Assembly (NCBI GenBank): GCA_963762115.1
Contig: CAVXJH010000003.1
Coordinates: forward strand, 331,323 to 395,322
Reading direction: 5' to 3'
Source of the DNA: Candidatus Babeliales bacterium
GTDB taxonomy: Bacteria > Babelota > Babeliae > Babelales > JANWKD01
Length of the DNA: 64,000 nucleotides
Both the position numbers and the translations under genes were made by a program. The notes under the pieces are model-generated. The model was not told where the DNA came from. It did not search any database and saw only the letters and a program-made list of their open reading frames with translations. Numbering within the stretch: position 1 is the first letter of the stretch; each line of letters starts with the position of its first letter. Shown here piece after piece: positions 1-10,022 of this stretch.

Positions 1-672
1 CAAGAGTATTAGTGATCCTGATAATCCAACACCAAGCATGGTGTATCCTAAAGACTTATTTTCTTCTTTTCTCAACAAAAAAGCACCTAACCCTACAACA
101 ATCGTAACATTCAAGCCGAGCAAACAAGTAGGAAAGAATTTCCAACATTTTCGTTCGAAATTCTTTTGCTCATTCCATGTTTTTTCTTTTTCAACATTTC
201 TTAAAAAATCGCGCAAAAGCCTAAAATTCATGGTCGTTAATTTATCTTGATGCAGCTTTGTAACAGCAATTGTTACATTCTCATCATTTTCAAAAAAAGT
301 TCGCGAAATATACTCATTGATACGAACATGATGTTCTTCTTTGCTCATCCGAAAATAAGTATCCTTAGATTCTTGATGAGCAATATATTCTCGAATAGTA
401 CCCATAGGAAGCTGAATGGGTAAATCTAAAAATTCTTTGGGATTTTTATCAAGTAATTGAGCTAAAGAACTAACATACAAATTAGGCAAATTTTCAATTT
501 GTTCATTCATTAATTGAATACGCTCAACAGGAACTTCCGGCGCATCTGACGATGATGCACCGCCAAACCACTGACCCCAAAGCGTTTTCTTTTGTCCGAG
601 TTTCTTTTCCATTGCATGAGTAGTGCACTGTAAAAGCACACTACTTAGTATCATAAAAAAAATTTTCTTCAT
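1..672 (-). CDS. hypothetical exported/membrane protein, 3-prime end outside window
   Basis: Absent from the ORF track because it runs off the window edge. Hand translation from ATG (complement of 670-672) gives MKKIFFMILSSVLLQCTTHAMEKK... with no stop down to position 1. It ends in two hydrophobic lobes: FFPTCLLGLNVTIVVGLGAFLL-RKEENKS-LGYTMLGVGLSGSLILL. Confidence 0.5.
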   Translation of the reverse strand, partial: MKKIFFMILSSVLLQCTTHAMEKKLGQKKTLWGQWFGGASSSDAPEVPVERIQLMNEQIENLPNLYVSSLAQLLDKNPKEFLDLPIQLPMGTIREYIAHQESKDTYFRMSKEEHHVRINEYISRTFFENDENVTIAVTKLHQDKLTTMNFRLLRDFLRNVEKEKTWNEQKNFERKCWKFFPTCLLGLNVTIVVGLGAFLLRKEENKSLGYTMLGVGLSGSLILL

Positions 673-686
673 TACCACACTATTTT

Positions 687-1400
687 TTATTTATCTATAA
701 TTGTCCGACCATCCAAAGAATTCGACCAATTATTATATTTTTTCATATTTTTATTTGCTTCTGCGCATTTTACAGCATGCTTTTTAAAACCTGAAACGCC
801 TTGATATAATCCTAAACCGCCTGAAGCGACCGCTGAAAAACACAACAACTTATTACTTTCTTTATCAAAAAAAGATTTTAATCCCCAAAGCGTAGAAAAA
901 CTTGCTATGAAGCAAGAAAATAAAGAGCCAAGAACAAATCGATTATGCGACTTAATTTTTTGTTCGGCATTATTTCCCATTTTTTCGACTTTTTCCTGCA
1001 AGTGCCTTCTGATTGGCTTCATAAAATCACTTTTTTGGTCAAGATCTTTTTGTGTCTCGAAATATTTCACTGCTTGTTCTATATTGCTTTCAGTCCTAAA
1101 TACAAGAGTTAAAATTTGATTATCTAAGGCAACTTCCTCAAATTTTTCAGCATTTTTTAATTTCAGCAAACTCTGCACTGGAAAAATAGCAGATATTTCC
1201 ATCTCAAGAAACCCTTTTTTATCTTTTTCCAAAACATCCGCAAGCGCTTGAAGACCTTCACTCAATGTAATCACTCTTCCATATTTATGTTGCTCTTCAG
1301 CTGCTTGCGCAAATTCATTTGATTTTTGCGCAAGCTTTTTCATCGAATATAGAAAAGGGCTCACCGTAATCATGAGCCCAAAAATTATTTTTTTTACCAT
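687..1400 (-). CDS. hypothetical exported/membrane protein with bilobed hydrophobic region
   Basis: 237-aa ORF with a hydrophobic N-terminal leader (IIFGLMITVSPFLYS). The C-proximal hairpin is FVLGSLFSCFIASFSTLWGL-KSFFDKESNK-LLCFSAVASGGLGLY. No recognisable enzymatic motif. Confidence 0.6.
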   Translation of the reverse strand: MVKKIIFGLMITVSPFLYSMKKLAQKSNEFAQAAEEQHKYGRVITLSEGLQALADVLEKDKKGFLEMEISAIFPVQSLLKLKNAEKFEEVALDNQILTLVFRTESNIEQAVKYFETQKDLDQKSDFMKPIRRHLQEKVEKMGNNAEQKIKSHNRFVLGSLFSCFIASFSTLWGLKSFFDKESNKLLCFSAVASGGLGLYQGVSGFKKHAVKCAEANKNMKKYNNWSNSLDGRTIIDK

Positions 1401-1413
1401 TAATTTTTACCTA

Positions 1414-1938
1414 CTAAAATGGCAAATCATCTTGAAATGGTGGCTCATCTTTAAAAGCAAATTCGCCGGTATTTTCATCAGATGATGATTTTTTTTTGCT
1501 TGATTTTACTCGACTTAGCATCGATTCCGCTGCTAACACGGCAGGATCAGAGCTAGGAACTGCTTGCGCATCAAGATCTGAAACTTCTGCTTCAGCACCA
1601 GCTTGTGCTGAACCCAAGAAGACTACGCGATCAGCGACAATTGAATGCTTGCTGCGTGTTTGGCCATCTGGTGATTGCCACGTATCAAATTTCAAGCGAC
1701 CTTCAATTAAAACAGGACGACCTTTTTGCAAATATTGACGGCAACTTTCAGCTTGCGGACCAAAAACATCAATATCGATAAAACAAACTTCTTGCACCAT
1801 AGCGCCAGTTTGCTTGTTTTTGTATTGACGATTAACCGCTAACCCTAAACGACAAACTGCTTGCCCTGAGGGAAGTTGTTTATAATCTGGATCGCGTGTT
1901 AAATTACCAATTAATACAACACGGTTATAACTTGCCAC
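1414..1938 (-). CDS. ssb: single-stranded DNA-binding protein
   Basis: The N-terminal OB-fold signature is NRVVLIGNLTRDPDYKQLPSGQAVCRLGLAVNR. An acidic-tail terminus DDLPF is typical of bacterial SSB. The start codon appears to be GTG. Confidence 0.93.
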   Translation of the reverse strand: MASYNRVVLIGNLTRDPDYKQLPSGQAVCRLGLAVNRQYKNKQTGAMVQEVCFIDIDVFGPQAESCRQYLQKGRPVLIEGRLKFDTWQSPDGQTRSKHSIVADRVVFLGSAQAGAEAEVSDLDAQAVPSSDPAVLAAESMLSRVKSSKKKSSSDENTGEFAFKDEPPFQDDLPF

Positions 1939-1981
1939 AATAATGACCTTTCAAAAAAAGAGTAATAATAATGAGCGTAAC

Positions 1982-2013
1982 AAAAAAAACTGCTTTATTC
2001 AAAGCAGTTTTTT
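1982..2013 (-). terminator. rho-independent terminator downstream of the 2043..3254 gene
   Basis: Hairpin aaaactgcttt-attc-aaagcagtttt (1986-2011). It is flanked by an A8 run, which is T8 on the minus strand. Confidence 0.55.
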
Positions 2014-2042
2014 ATATAAAAATATTTTTATATAACATGATC

Positions 2043-3254
2043 TTAACTAATCAAACATGAGACAGTTTCAGTCAATTTTTTTTGATTGTTAATTAATTTC
2101 AACCCTTCGTCTATTCTTCTGTATAATAATAAAGGTTGTTTGAATGCTCCAATGCTACTTAATAATTTCTTTAAAACAACCTCATTGTGTGTCGCTCTTG
2201 CTTTTTCAATGGCAAGTTTATACACCAATTTATCCAAGGTATTCATGGCTAATGTTTCTGGGCGCATCAAAAAAAACTGCTGTTCCCGATATCCCTCAGT
2301 GCGCACTAAACAATAGCAATCCTTCATCTTGGAAGTAATAATCATATTCGTAGGCAATGCATACTTATGCAATAATTGACCATTTTTATTATATGAACAA
2401 AGATTATTATCAAAAACTGTCGTTATACAATTATCTTTGATTTCAACTATCTGACCCTGAATACTATAATCCTCACCATTACAAAGCACTCGTGTTTTCG
2501 CACATAAATAATTCATACGCATAGCATCCTCAGTTGATATTAATATACCTCTTCTCTTTTTCTTACTTAATGCCACCAAAGCACTATCACGTGCAATGCC
2601 AATACTCGTTATCCCTTTAATGGGAATTTCTTCAAATACTCCTTCATCTATCATATATTTATATGATGGCTTATCTTTACATCCTATAATTAAAAATTTA
2701 TTATTTGGCGCAACAGCCAATGAAAGGATCATATTTGGTGCAGGCAATGCACACTCATATTGTTGAGGCTTCATAGACCCATTATTGATAATGTTAGAAA
2801 TTACCGTAATTGCAGAATTCGCAACAAATAACATTGGATTATCATGAAAAGAAAATGCCAATAAGCTTTCGTTAGCTATTTTTAAAGTATGCAACAACTG
2901 CAAAGGAGCAGGGCCTGAATAAAGATACATATTTTGGTCAGATGCAGTTGCAAATAAAAGTGCTTTAGGAGCTCTCGTAAAAAACTTTATCGCTTCCCTA
3001 TCATTATCATGAACATGATCTTTTTGATACGTTTCTTTTGTAAATAGATTTCTTATAAATATACCTCTTGAATCACACCAAGCTAAATACGATGAGCCAT
3101 CAAATTCAATAGATGTGGAAGAACTCATAAGCGGTAATTTCTCTTCAGAAAATTGCAGTGGCAAAGATTCATCAACTACTTTAATTGTCTCTTGTTGCAG
3201 TTCTTCAGGAAGATCTATTAAATAACGGGTAATTTTTTTTATTTCTTGCGGCAA
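2043..3254 (-). CDS. hypothetical protein, F-box-like N-terminus plus beta-rich (propeller-like) body
   Basis: 403-aa ORF with no signal peptide. N-terminal YLIDLPEELQQETIKVVDESL fits the LPxE(L/I)xxxI core of F-box motifs. The rest is beta-strand-rich and repetitive. Confidence 0.55.
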   Translation of the reverse strand: MPQEIKKITRYLIDLPEELQQETIKVVDESLPLQFSEEKLPLMSSSTSIEFDGSSYLAWCDSRGIFIRNLFTKETYQKDHVHDNDREAIKFFTRAPKALLFATASDQNMYLYSGPAPLQLLHTLKIANESLLAFSFHDNPMLFVANSAITVISNIINNGSMKPQQYECALPAPNMILSLAVAPNNKFLIIGCKDKPSYKYMIDEGVFEEIPIKGITSIGIARDSALVALSKKKRRGILISTEDAMRMNYLCAKTRVLCNGEDYSIQGQIVEIKDNCITTVFDNNLCSYNKNGQLLHKYALPTNMIITSKMKDCYCLVRTEGYREQQFFLMRPETLAMNTLDKLVYKLAIEKARATHNEVVLKKLLSSIGAFKQPLLLYRRIDEGLKLINNQKKLTETVSCLIS

Positions 3255-3411
3255 ATCATCAAGATTGAAATCATCATAATAATTTTTTTAAATGTCTGCA
3301 GACAAATATCTTTCAACGAAGGAACACGCATTGCAACAAGAGGAAAACTATATAGAGTCATACACAAAATCATAATAACTATTTTAGTAAACTGCATGAC
3401 ATATCTTTTCT

Positions 3412-3786
3412 TTAAACAACAACAACTTTTTTTAGTGCGACATGTTCATTACGAACCGTTATTGCACATTCATGACATGAATTTTGCATCTTTTTTACAC
3501 TATTCACATACTGTTGCAAATCTTGTTGCGATTTAGAAGAAAAAGAATTATTTTTTGACTGTTCCATAATTTCATGAAGATCATTCACAATTGTTTCCTG
3601 CACCGTTGCAAGTTCTTTTAATAGTTGTGTCGTTTCTTTTAAAAATTGACCATTAGTTGCAACAACATCTTCCTGCTTAATGCGTGGTTGTTTTTTAGCA
3701 GGTACCTTTTTTTGTATAAAACTTTCTGCGCTCAATCCAATAATAACAACAAGTAGAATCATAAAACTATATTTTATAATGCGCAT
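3412..3786 (-). CDS. small hypothetical exported protein
   Basis: 124-aa ORF with the signal-peptide-like MRIIKYSFMILLVVIIGLSAESF. The remainder is hydrophilic and helical. Confidence 0.5.
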   Translation of the reverse strand: MRIIKYSFMILLVVIIGLSAESFIQKKVPAKKQPRIKQEDVVATNGQFLKETTQLLKELATVQETIVNDLHEIMEQSKNNSFSSKSQQDLQQYVNSVKKMQNSCHECAITVRNEHVALKKVVVV

Positions 3787-3810
3787 ATAAATTCCTCTTT
3801 ATACGATTTT

Positions 3811-4401
3811 TTATTCTGGTGCTTTTACAAATCGAATGGCGATTGAAATATAATGCAATAAACATGCTCCGCTCAATACCGTTAATAACCCAAGCATAAA
3901 ATAATAGGTTTTTACCGGCAACCAATTGAAAAAATAACAGGAAAAAAGCCATACAATAAAACAAATTTGTACAAACGTAGTCATTTTACCCAATAATGTT
4001 GGCTTAATTTCGATAAACCCTTTCATCAGATAAACCACCAATGAACCGCCAATCATGACTAATTCTTTAATAAGCACTAAAAAAACAAACCAACGGGGAA
4101 TTGAAAATAAAGGTGAATGCACAAACGCCAATGTGGCAAAACAAGAAATTAAAAGTAATTTATCTGCTAAGGCATCAAGGCAAGCGCCCAAAAATGTTTT
4201 TGCATTACATAACCTAGCCAAAGCACCATCAATCATATCCGTGCTCGCTGCAGCAATAAAAAGATAAAAACTGAGCCCCCAATGTTGCTCAACCATGGTT
4301 ACAACAATCCAAGGAACCAAGAAAATTCTCATAATCGTAAACAAAGTAGGAATAGTAATTCGCCATTCACGATGAGAAAGAGGATAAGAAAATAAATTCA
4401 A
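3811..4401 (-). CDS. pgsA: CDP-alcohol phosphatidyltransferase (phosphatidylglycerophosphate synthase-like)
   Basis: Perfect family motif D-G-x2-A-R-x8-G-x3-D-x3-D in DMIDGALARLCNAKTFLGACLDALADK. Multi-pass membrane protein of 196 aa. Confidence 0.85.
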   Translation of the reverse strand: MNLFSYPLSHREWRITIPTLFTIMRIFLVPWIVVTMVEQHWGLSFYLFIAAASTDMIDGALARLCNAKTFLGACLDALADKLLLISCFATLAFVHSPLFSIPRWFVFLVLIKELVMIGGSLVVYLMKGFIEIKPTLLGKMTTFVQICFIVWLFSCYFFNWLPVKTYYFMLGLLTVLSGACLLHYISIAIRFVKAPE

Positions 4402-4490
4402 CAGTATTCCTAAAATTTTTATTAAGCTAAGTTGATGTATCAGTTTCTTTACTAGAATACCAGAAAATAGAGTAATGAAAATAAGGCTTT

Positions 4491-5549
4491 TTAGCTGGTT
4501 TTTTGAATTATACCGCTACCCAAGCAAATATTTCCCTCATACAATGCTGCAAACTGCCCTGGCGCGATTCCTTGATCATGCTCTTTGAGCATAATTTGAG
4601 CTTTATCATCCTGAAAAATAATATGTGCCTCATGTTTATGCGGCCCATGGCGAAGCTTTACTGATAGATTTGTCTCAATTGGTTGTTCGCCAGAAATCCA
4701 ATTGAATTGACTCACCTCACACCGATTACGTTCTTTATCAGGGGCATAATATGATCGTGAAATATAAAGAGTATTCTTATCAATATCTTTTGACACAACA
4801 TACCAAGGCCCACCGGCTAACCGTAAACCCTGACGTTGCCCAATAGTATAATACCAAAAGCCCCGATGAGTACCCATGCTAATTCCTGTTTCAACTTCAA
4901 TCATATCACCTGGCTTTTCCCCTAAGTGATAGTGCAAAAATTCATCAAACTTGAGCTTGCCAAGAAAACAAATTCCTTGACTATCTTTTCTGATTTTATT
5001 GGGTAAATCATACTGTTCTGCCAATGCCCTGACTTCTGATTTTTGCAAATGGCCAATGGGAAACAAAGCACGTGCTAATTGAGCTTGACTCAAATGGGAC
5101 AAAAAATATGTTTGATCTTTTATGGGGTCTGGCGCTTGAGCCAATTGAAAAGCTCCGTTTTTTTCGAAAACTTGTGCATAATGACCGGTAGCAACCTTAT
5201 CAAATTCATTGCCAATGAGATCATAAAAGGCACCGAACTTCACTTGTTGGTTGCAGAGCACATCAGGATTTGGCGTAAAACCAGCTTTAACTTGATTAAT
5301 AGTATAAGAAACAACCCTATCCCAATATTCTTTCTGCATGGACACTATGCGCAAAGGAATATCGAGTTGCTCACAAACGCCCTGCACATATTGCAAATCT
5401 TCCTGCCAAGGACAGGTACCCAAAAATGATAGCTCATCTTCAAGCCAAATTTTCAGATAAAAAGCGGTGAGTTCATGACCCTGATTTTTGAGCAGTTGCA
5501 AAGCAACAGAACTATCAACACCACCAGAAACTAAAATTGCTATTTTCAT
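4491..5549 (-). CDS. mnmA: tRNA-specific 2-thiouridylase
   Basis: PP-loop MKIAILVSGGVDSSVAL. Length of 352 aa and overall MnmA/TrmU-like sequence (GICFLG, DQSYFL-like DQTYFL). Confidence 0.93.
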   Translation of the reverse strand: MKIAILVSGGVDSSVALQLLKNQGHELTAFYLKIWLEDELSFLGTCPWQEDLQYVQGVCEQLDIPLRIVSMQKEYWDRVVSYTINQVKAGFTPNPDVLCNQQVKFGAFYDLIGNEFDKVATGHYAQVFEKNGAFQLAQAPDPIKDQTYFLSHLSQAQLARALFPIGHLQKSEVRALAEQYDLPNKIRKDSQGICFLGKLKFDEFLHYHLGEKPGDMIEVETGISMGTHRGFWYYTIGQRQGLRLAGGPWYVVSKDIDKNTLYISRSYYAPDKERNRCEVSQFNWISGEQPIETNLSVKLRHGPHKHEAHIIFQDDKAQIMLKEHDQGIAPGQFAALYEGNICLGSGIIQKTS

Positions 5550-5710
5550 ACTTTTTCACATATTTTAAGAACATACACTTTTTTAAAGTATATGCGCACT
5601 TTGAATAATTGTCTATTTGACTAAAAATAACAATATAGATTAACTTTTGTAAGTTAATTTGATTTTTGATAGTATTATAAGAGGTAATATAACCCTTTAT
5701 AAAGGATCTC

Positions 5711-6388
5711 ATGTTCAAAAAACTATTTTTTCTCTGTAGCATTTTCATAAATCTACCAATTGTCATAACAGCTTTTGATTCAACAGCACCTCTTAATCCT
5801 GATCTAACTTATGAAAAAAAAATAGCAAAAGAAATTAGATTGAAAAAAAAGCTAGAAGCGATTGTACAAGATGATGAATTTGAGATTCCAATTGAGGAAC
5901 AAAAACAAAAAATACGAAAAATTCATGAAAAATTAAAAAAAATGGGCGAAAAGCACCTCTCACTTCTTGAAAACATTGCTGCTACTGAGTTAAAAATACC
6001 TAGCAGTGAAACCAACGAGACCACTTTTTATAAAATTCATCCTGGAATACTTCACAGAACGATTCCTGAAATTTTAGAATTTCTAATTGTCGAACTTGGT
6101 TATCCAACAAAAAATGCCCTTATGCATTCACTGACGCAACTACATGATTTATATCTTACTCCAAATGTAGTTAAAAATTTACAAATTTTAAAACAGTATT
6201 CAACATTAACCGAACTTGAAAACAAAAAAATTATTAAACTGTTACATTATCAAAAATTATATGAATGCAAAAAAACAATAAGATGGAGCCCAATACAACG
6301 TAAAAGTGCAAAATATAACAGAGATTGTATTGCTTCAAAAGAAATCGAAAAAATATTTAAACCTAAACACCAAGATGACAATCAATAA
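5711..6388 (+). CDS. hypothetical exported protein
   Basis: 225-aa ORF with hydrophobic leader LFFLCSIFINLPIVITAF. Lys/Glu-rich helical body with no known motif. Confidence 0.55.
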   Translation: MFKKLFFLCSIFINLPIVITAFDSTAPLNPDLTYEKKIAKEIRLKKKLEAIVQDDEFEIPIEEQKQKIRKIHEKLKKMGEKHLSLLENIAATELKIPSSETNETTFYKIHPGILHRTIPEILEFLIVELGYPTKNALMHSLTQLHDLYLTPNVVKNLQILKQYSTLTELENKKIIKLLHYQKLYECKKTIRWSPIQRKSAKYNRDCIASKEIEKIFKPKHQDDNQ

Positions 6389-6452
6389 TTTTTGTATATG
6401 CTAAAAACCAGTATAAAAATAACAGTTTTCCTGCAATACATAGTGAATTTCC

Positions 6453-8108
6453 ATGACACAAAATCCTTTGAACAATCTTCGCCATAGTTTTTTTGAATAT
6501 CTGACCACCTCATTTTCATCAACAAGTGAGTTATTCAATACAATAACTTTTGAACTCAATACTGATGAAAATAAAAAAGATTTTGGCGATATCAGCACCA
6601 ATGCGGCACTCATTATTGCAAAGGCGCTCAAAAAAAATCCTCGTGAAATTGCTCAAACAATAAGCAAAGATTTTGTTCATGCGCAAATAAAAAAAACAGA
6701 AATTGCCGGACCAGGATTCATTAATTTTTTTCTTACCCAAGAACTTTTTAGCACCCTTGCACATCTTCTTTTTGCAGATCATACATCATTTTTTGCTGCA
6801 ACGAGTTCACCAAAAAAACGTTATTGCATAGAATTTGTCAGTGCAAATCCAACAGGCCCTCTGCATTTAGGCCACGGACGTGGCGGCATTATCGGCGATG
6901 TTTTGGGCACCATTTTGCGCTTTCTTGGTCATGACGTGACAAAAGAATATTATATTAATGATGCTGGCTCTCAAATTCTCAAATTAGGATTATCACTCAA
7001 AATTCGTTGTCAACAACAACTCGGCTATGAAGTTACCTTTCCTGAAGATGGGTATCATGGCGATTATATAAAAACCGTTGCTCAAGAATGCATTCAAGAA
7101 TTTGGTGAATCAATTATCAACGAACCTGAAATCATTTTTGCTCAGTATGCACAAACAAAATTACTTCGCCTCATACAAAAAACCTTAGAAGAGTACGGCA
7201 TCAAATTTGATGTTTGGTTCTCAGAAAAAACCTTGCATGATGCACAAGCGGTCAAAACAATTCTTGAACACCTCGAAAAAGGTGGTTTTACTTTTTTTCA
7301 AGAAGGCGCTCGTTGGTTTGCGTCCACGCGTTTTGGTGATGACAAAGATCGCGTACTACAAAAAGCAACGGGAGAATATACGTATATTGCTGCTGATGTT
7401 GCTTATTTAGAAAATAAACTAAAACGTGGCTTTGATAACCTCATTATGATTTTAGGACAAGATCACCATAGTTATGTCATACGGATGAAAGCACTTATGC
7501 AAGCATTAGGAGAAGATCCTTCACGCTTGGATATAATCCTCTATCAATTGGTGACGCTCAAAGAAGATGGTGAACTGTTACGTATGTCAAAACGCGCAGG
7601 CACTATGGTTACTTTGCAAGAAGTCATCGAAACTGTCGGAAAAGATGTTGCACGATTCTTTTATTTAAATCGTAAAGCTGATGCTCACTTAGAATTTGAT
7701 ATGGGATTGGCGCTCAAAAAAACTGAAGAAAATCCCGTTTATTACATTCAATATGCTTATGTGCGCATTTTGAGTATTTTGAAAAAATCCGATGACGAAG
7801 CTGCTCTGCAAAATATTTCATTACAAGATCTCACCGATCTTGATTCTGATGAAACTGCTCTGCTCAAAAAAATTATTGCACTCAAAACATTACTTGAAAC
7901 AATTTCACAACACTATCAAACACATTTGCTTGCTTATTATACCATTGAACTTGCGCATACATTCCATCGTTATTACAGCAAAAATCGTGTTATTGATCTA
8001 AAAAATCCAGAAAAAAGTCGCATGCGATTGGCACTTATGCACACCTTACGAGACACAATCTTATTATGCTTGCGTTTATTAGGCCTTAGTGCACCAGAAA
8101 GCATGTAA
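6453..8108 (+). CDS. argS: arginine--tRNA ligase
   Basis: Class I HIGH region SANPTGPLHLGHGRG and KMSK-like MSKRAG. 551 aa with a typical C-terminal DALR anticodon-binding helix region. Confidence 0.95.
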   Translation: MTQNPLNNLRHSFFEYLTTSFSSTSELFNTITFELNTDENKKDFGDISTNAALIIAKALKKNPREIAQTISKDFVHAQIKKTEIAGPGFINFFLTQELFSTLAHLLFADHTSFFAATSSPKKRYCIEFVSANPTGPLHLGHGRGGIIGDVLGTILRFLGHDVTKEYYINDAGSQILKLGLSLKIRCQQQLGYEVTFPEDGYHGDYIKTVAQECIQEFGESIINEPEIIFAQYAQTKLLRLIQKTLEEYGIKFDVWFSEKTLHDAQAVKTILEHLEKGGFTFFQEGARWFASTRFGDDKDRVLQKATGEYTYIAADVAYLENKLKRGFDNLIMILGQDHHSYVIRMKALMQALGEDPSRLDIILYQLVTLKEDGELLRMSKRAGTMVTLQEVIETVGKDVARFFYLNRKADAHLEFDMGLALKKTEENPVYYIQYAYVRILSILKKSDDEAALQNISLQDLTDLDSDETALLKKIIALKTLLETISQHYQTHLLAYYTIELAHTFHRYYSKNRVIDLKNPEKSRMRLALMHTLRDTILLCLRLLGLSAPESM

Positions 8109-8207
8109 CTGTCCATCTTGGTAAAAAGATTAGACTATATAAGATATTTTCTTTATACTAATTATGACAAATAAGAAATACAGAATATTTTCGAGATTAA
8201 TCTTATC

Positions 8208-9308
8208 ATGCATATCATAAAAAAATCATTTCCAAAATATAAAATATGGTTTTTGCTATTGCTCATAACCGCAATACAACTTTCAGAAGCAGTAGTAGTC
8301 AAAAAAGACAAAATAATTAAGCAAAATAAGAATTATCCAAAACAAAAATTAATGCGCGAATTTATACAATCACGATTCTTTATGCCTACCTTAATTGGAA
8401 ACACTGCTTTTGGTGTAATGTTTTTGGGCATGTATAAAGACAATGATAAGTTATTCTCTGGCGCCTTTATCACTGGTTTCTTATCTCTTTCACGAATGCT
8501 TTATATCTGTTTTTCAGAAATAATATACTTACAGGAAAAAAGTATTTATGCGACAAATCAATGTTATAAGCTAATGGATCCTCACAACAAAGTCATACTT
8601 TCAACTACTCTCTTTAATACCTTATATAATAATCGATTAAAGAAAAAATCTTATATATTCACACCAAGAGAATATGACCGCCTAGAAGACTATTATTCAG
8701 TATTTCAAGAACGAGGATTACCAGATAAAATTACCAAAAACATTTTAAAAGAAGCAAATATACTTTCTACTTCTAATACACTTAAAAAAACTCCCGTCCA
8801 AACCAAACAACTCTGCAAACTATTAAAACATGCAGATTTAAAGCCCTTCAAATTTGATAACAAAAAGTATAAATTTTTACTCTCTAACAAACCTAAAAAG
8901 AAGCTTTTTATTGATAATGAACAAGATAAAGAAATATTAAAAAAAATCTATACTGATTTAGGTCATTTTTATTGTCTCAAAAACTGTGGATGGATCCATT
9001 GCCGCAAACAAAAAAATAAGAAACGTTTGCTTTTTGATTCTCGGTATATCGATAAAACAAAAGAAGTTGATGGTAAAAAAATCCATCCTACTTATTTCAG
9101 CGAATTTGGATTCAAATTTTATGAAGTCATAAATCCTGATGAACAAAATGGATCTTTAGGTAATTTTTACAAATTTCATGAAGATCCCGCTTTTATAAAA
9201 AAAGCAAGAAAAGAGCTTCGAAGAATCAAAATTATTCCCGGCTGCTCAGATTATCTAAAAAATCCTCGGCTTATCTTTGGTCTCACCACTGAAAGAAAAT
9301 TAACATAA
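8208..9308 (+). CDS. hypothetical membrane protein with bilobed hydrophobic hairpin
   Basis: 366-aa ORF with leader IWFLLLLITAIQLSEA. The hairpin is MPTLIGNTAFGVMFLGMY-KDNDKL-FSGAFITGFLSLSRMLYICF. Lys-rich C-terminal 250 aa with no known motif. Confidence 0.55.
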   Translation: MHIIKKSFPKYKIWFLLLLITAIQLSEAVVVKKDKIIKQNKNYPKQKLMREFIQSRFFMPTLIGNTAFGVMFLGMYKDNDKLFSGAFITGFLSLSRMLYICFSEIIYLQEKSIYATNQCYKLMDPHNKVILSTTLFNTLYNNRLKKKSYIFTPREYDRLEDYYSVFQERGLPDKITKNILKEANILSTSNTLKKTPVQTKQLCKLLKHADLKPFKFDNKKYKFLLSNKPKKKLFIDNEQDKEILKKIYTDLGHFYCLKNCGWIHCRKQKNKKRLLFDSRYIDKTKEVDGKKIHPTYFSEFGFKFYEVINPDEQNGSLGNFYKFHEDPAFIKKARKELRRIKIIPGCSDYLKNPRLIFGLTTERKLT

Positions 9309-9495
9309 AATTCAGATTTTAATCTGCTATTTTCATTTTTTCCAATAAATCCCTCACTTGCAAAAAATTCACATAGAAAATATTGTTGGTTTATACAATG
9401 ACATAATAGACTTTAATTTGACGTAATTAGTAAAAAATAGTATTTTTATTTGAGAAGATATCGTCTAAAAATAGTAAATAGAGAATGGAGAATTT

Positions 9496-9993
9496 ATGAC
9501 TATTTCAAAAAAAATATTTATAGCTACCCTAATTTTTACCAATAGTTTCTTTGTCATACAAGGGAAATTGCCTGAATCATGGCAAGAAGCAAAAGAAGCA
9601 TGCAAAAAAACAGCGCATTCAGTAAAACACACATGGGACAATACCCTAAAAAATATATCTTTTGGGCAATCACATGCAGAAAAATATCCTGGCAGAACAG
9701 CGTTTGCACAATTCTGCTATGCTCATCCTATACTTTCTTCACTTGGTATTAATGGCCTTGGCTTTTTAACGCTTAAACGATATACCCGACGAGTTTTGCG
9801 CAACTCAAAAGGTAATTTTGGTGTTTTACCATATGTATCAACAGGCATAGGCGCTTTGGGTATAAGTGAATGGGCACATAATTATCTTCGTCTTACAAAA
9901 ACACCTCATTATATGTCACCCTTTATCACGCGTTGCACAAAAGAATGTAAAAATACCAATAAAGAATTACATGATGCCGTGTTCAATAGATAA
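9496..9993 (+). CDS. hypothetical exported/membrane protein
   Basis: 165-aa ORF with leader IFIATLIFTNSFFVIQG. Central hydrophobic pair HPILSSLGINGLGFLTL / GVLPYVSTGIGALGISEW. An RBS-like ggag lies upstream. Confidence 0.5.
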   Translation: MTISKKIFIATLIFTNSFFVIQGKLPESWQEAKEACKKTAHSVKHTWDNTLKNISFGQSHAEKYPGRTAFAQFCYAHPILSSLGINGLGFLTLKRYTRRVLRNSKGNFGVLPYVSTGIGALGISEWAHNYLRLTKTPHYMSPFITRCTKECKNTNKELHDAVFNR

Positions 9994-10022
9994 GTGAATC
10001 AAATACTTTCAACACAATTTTT

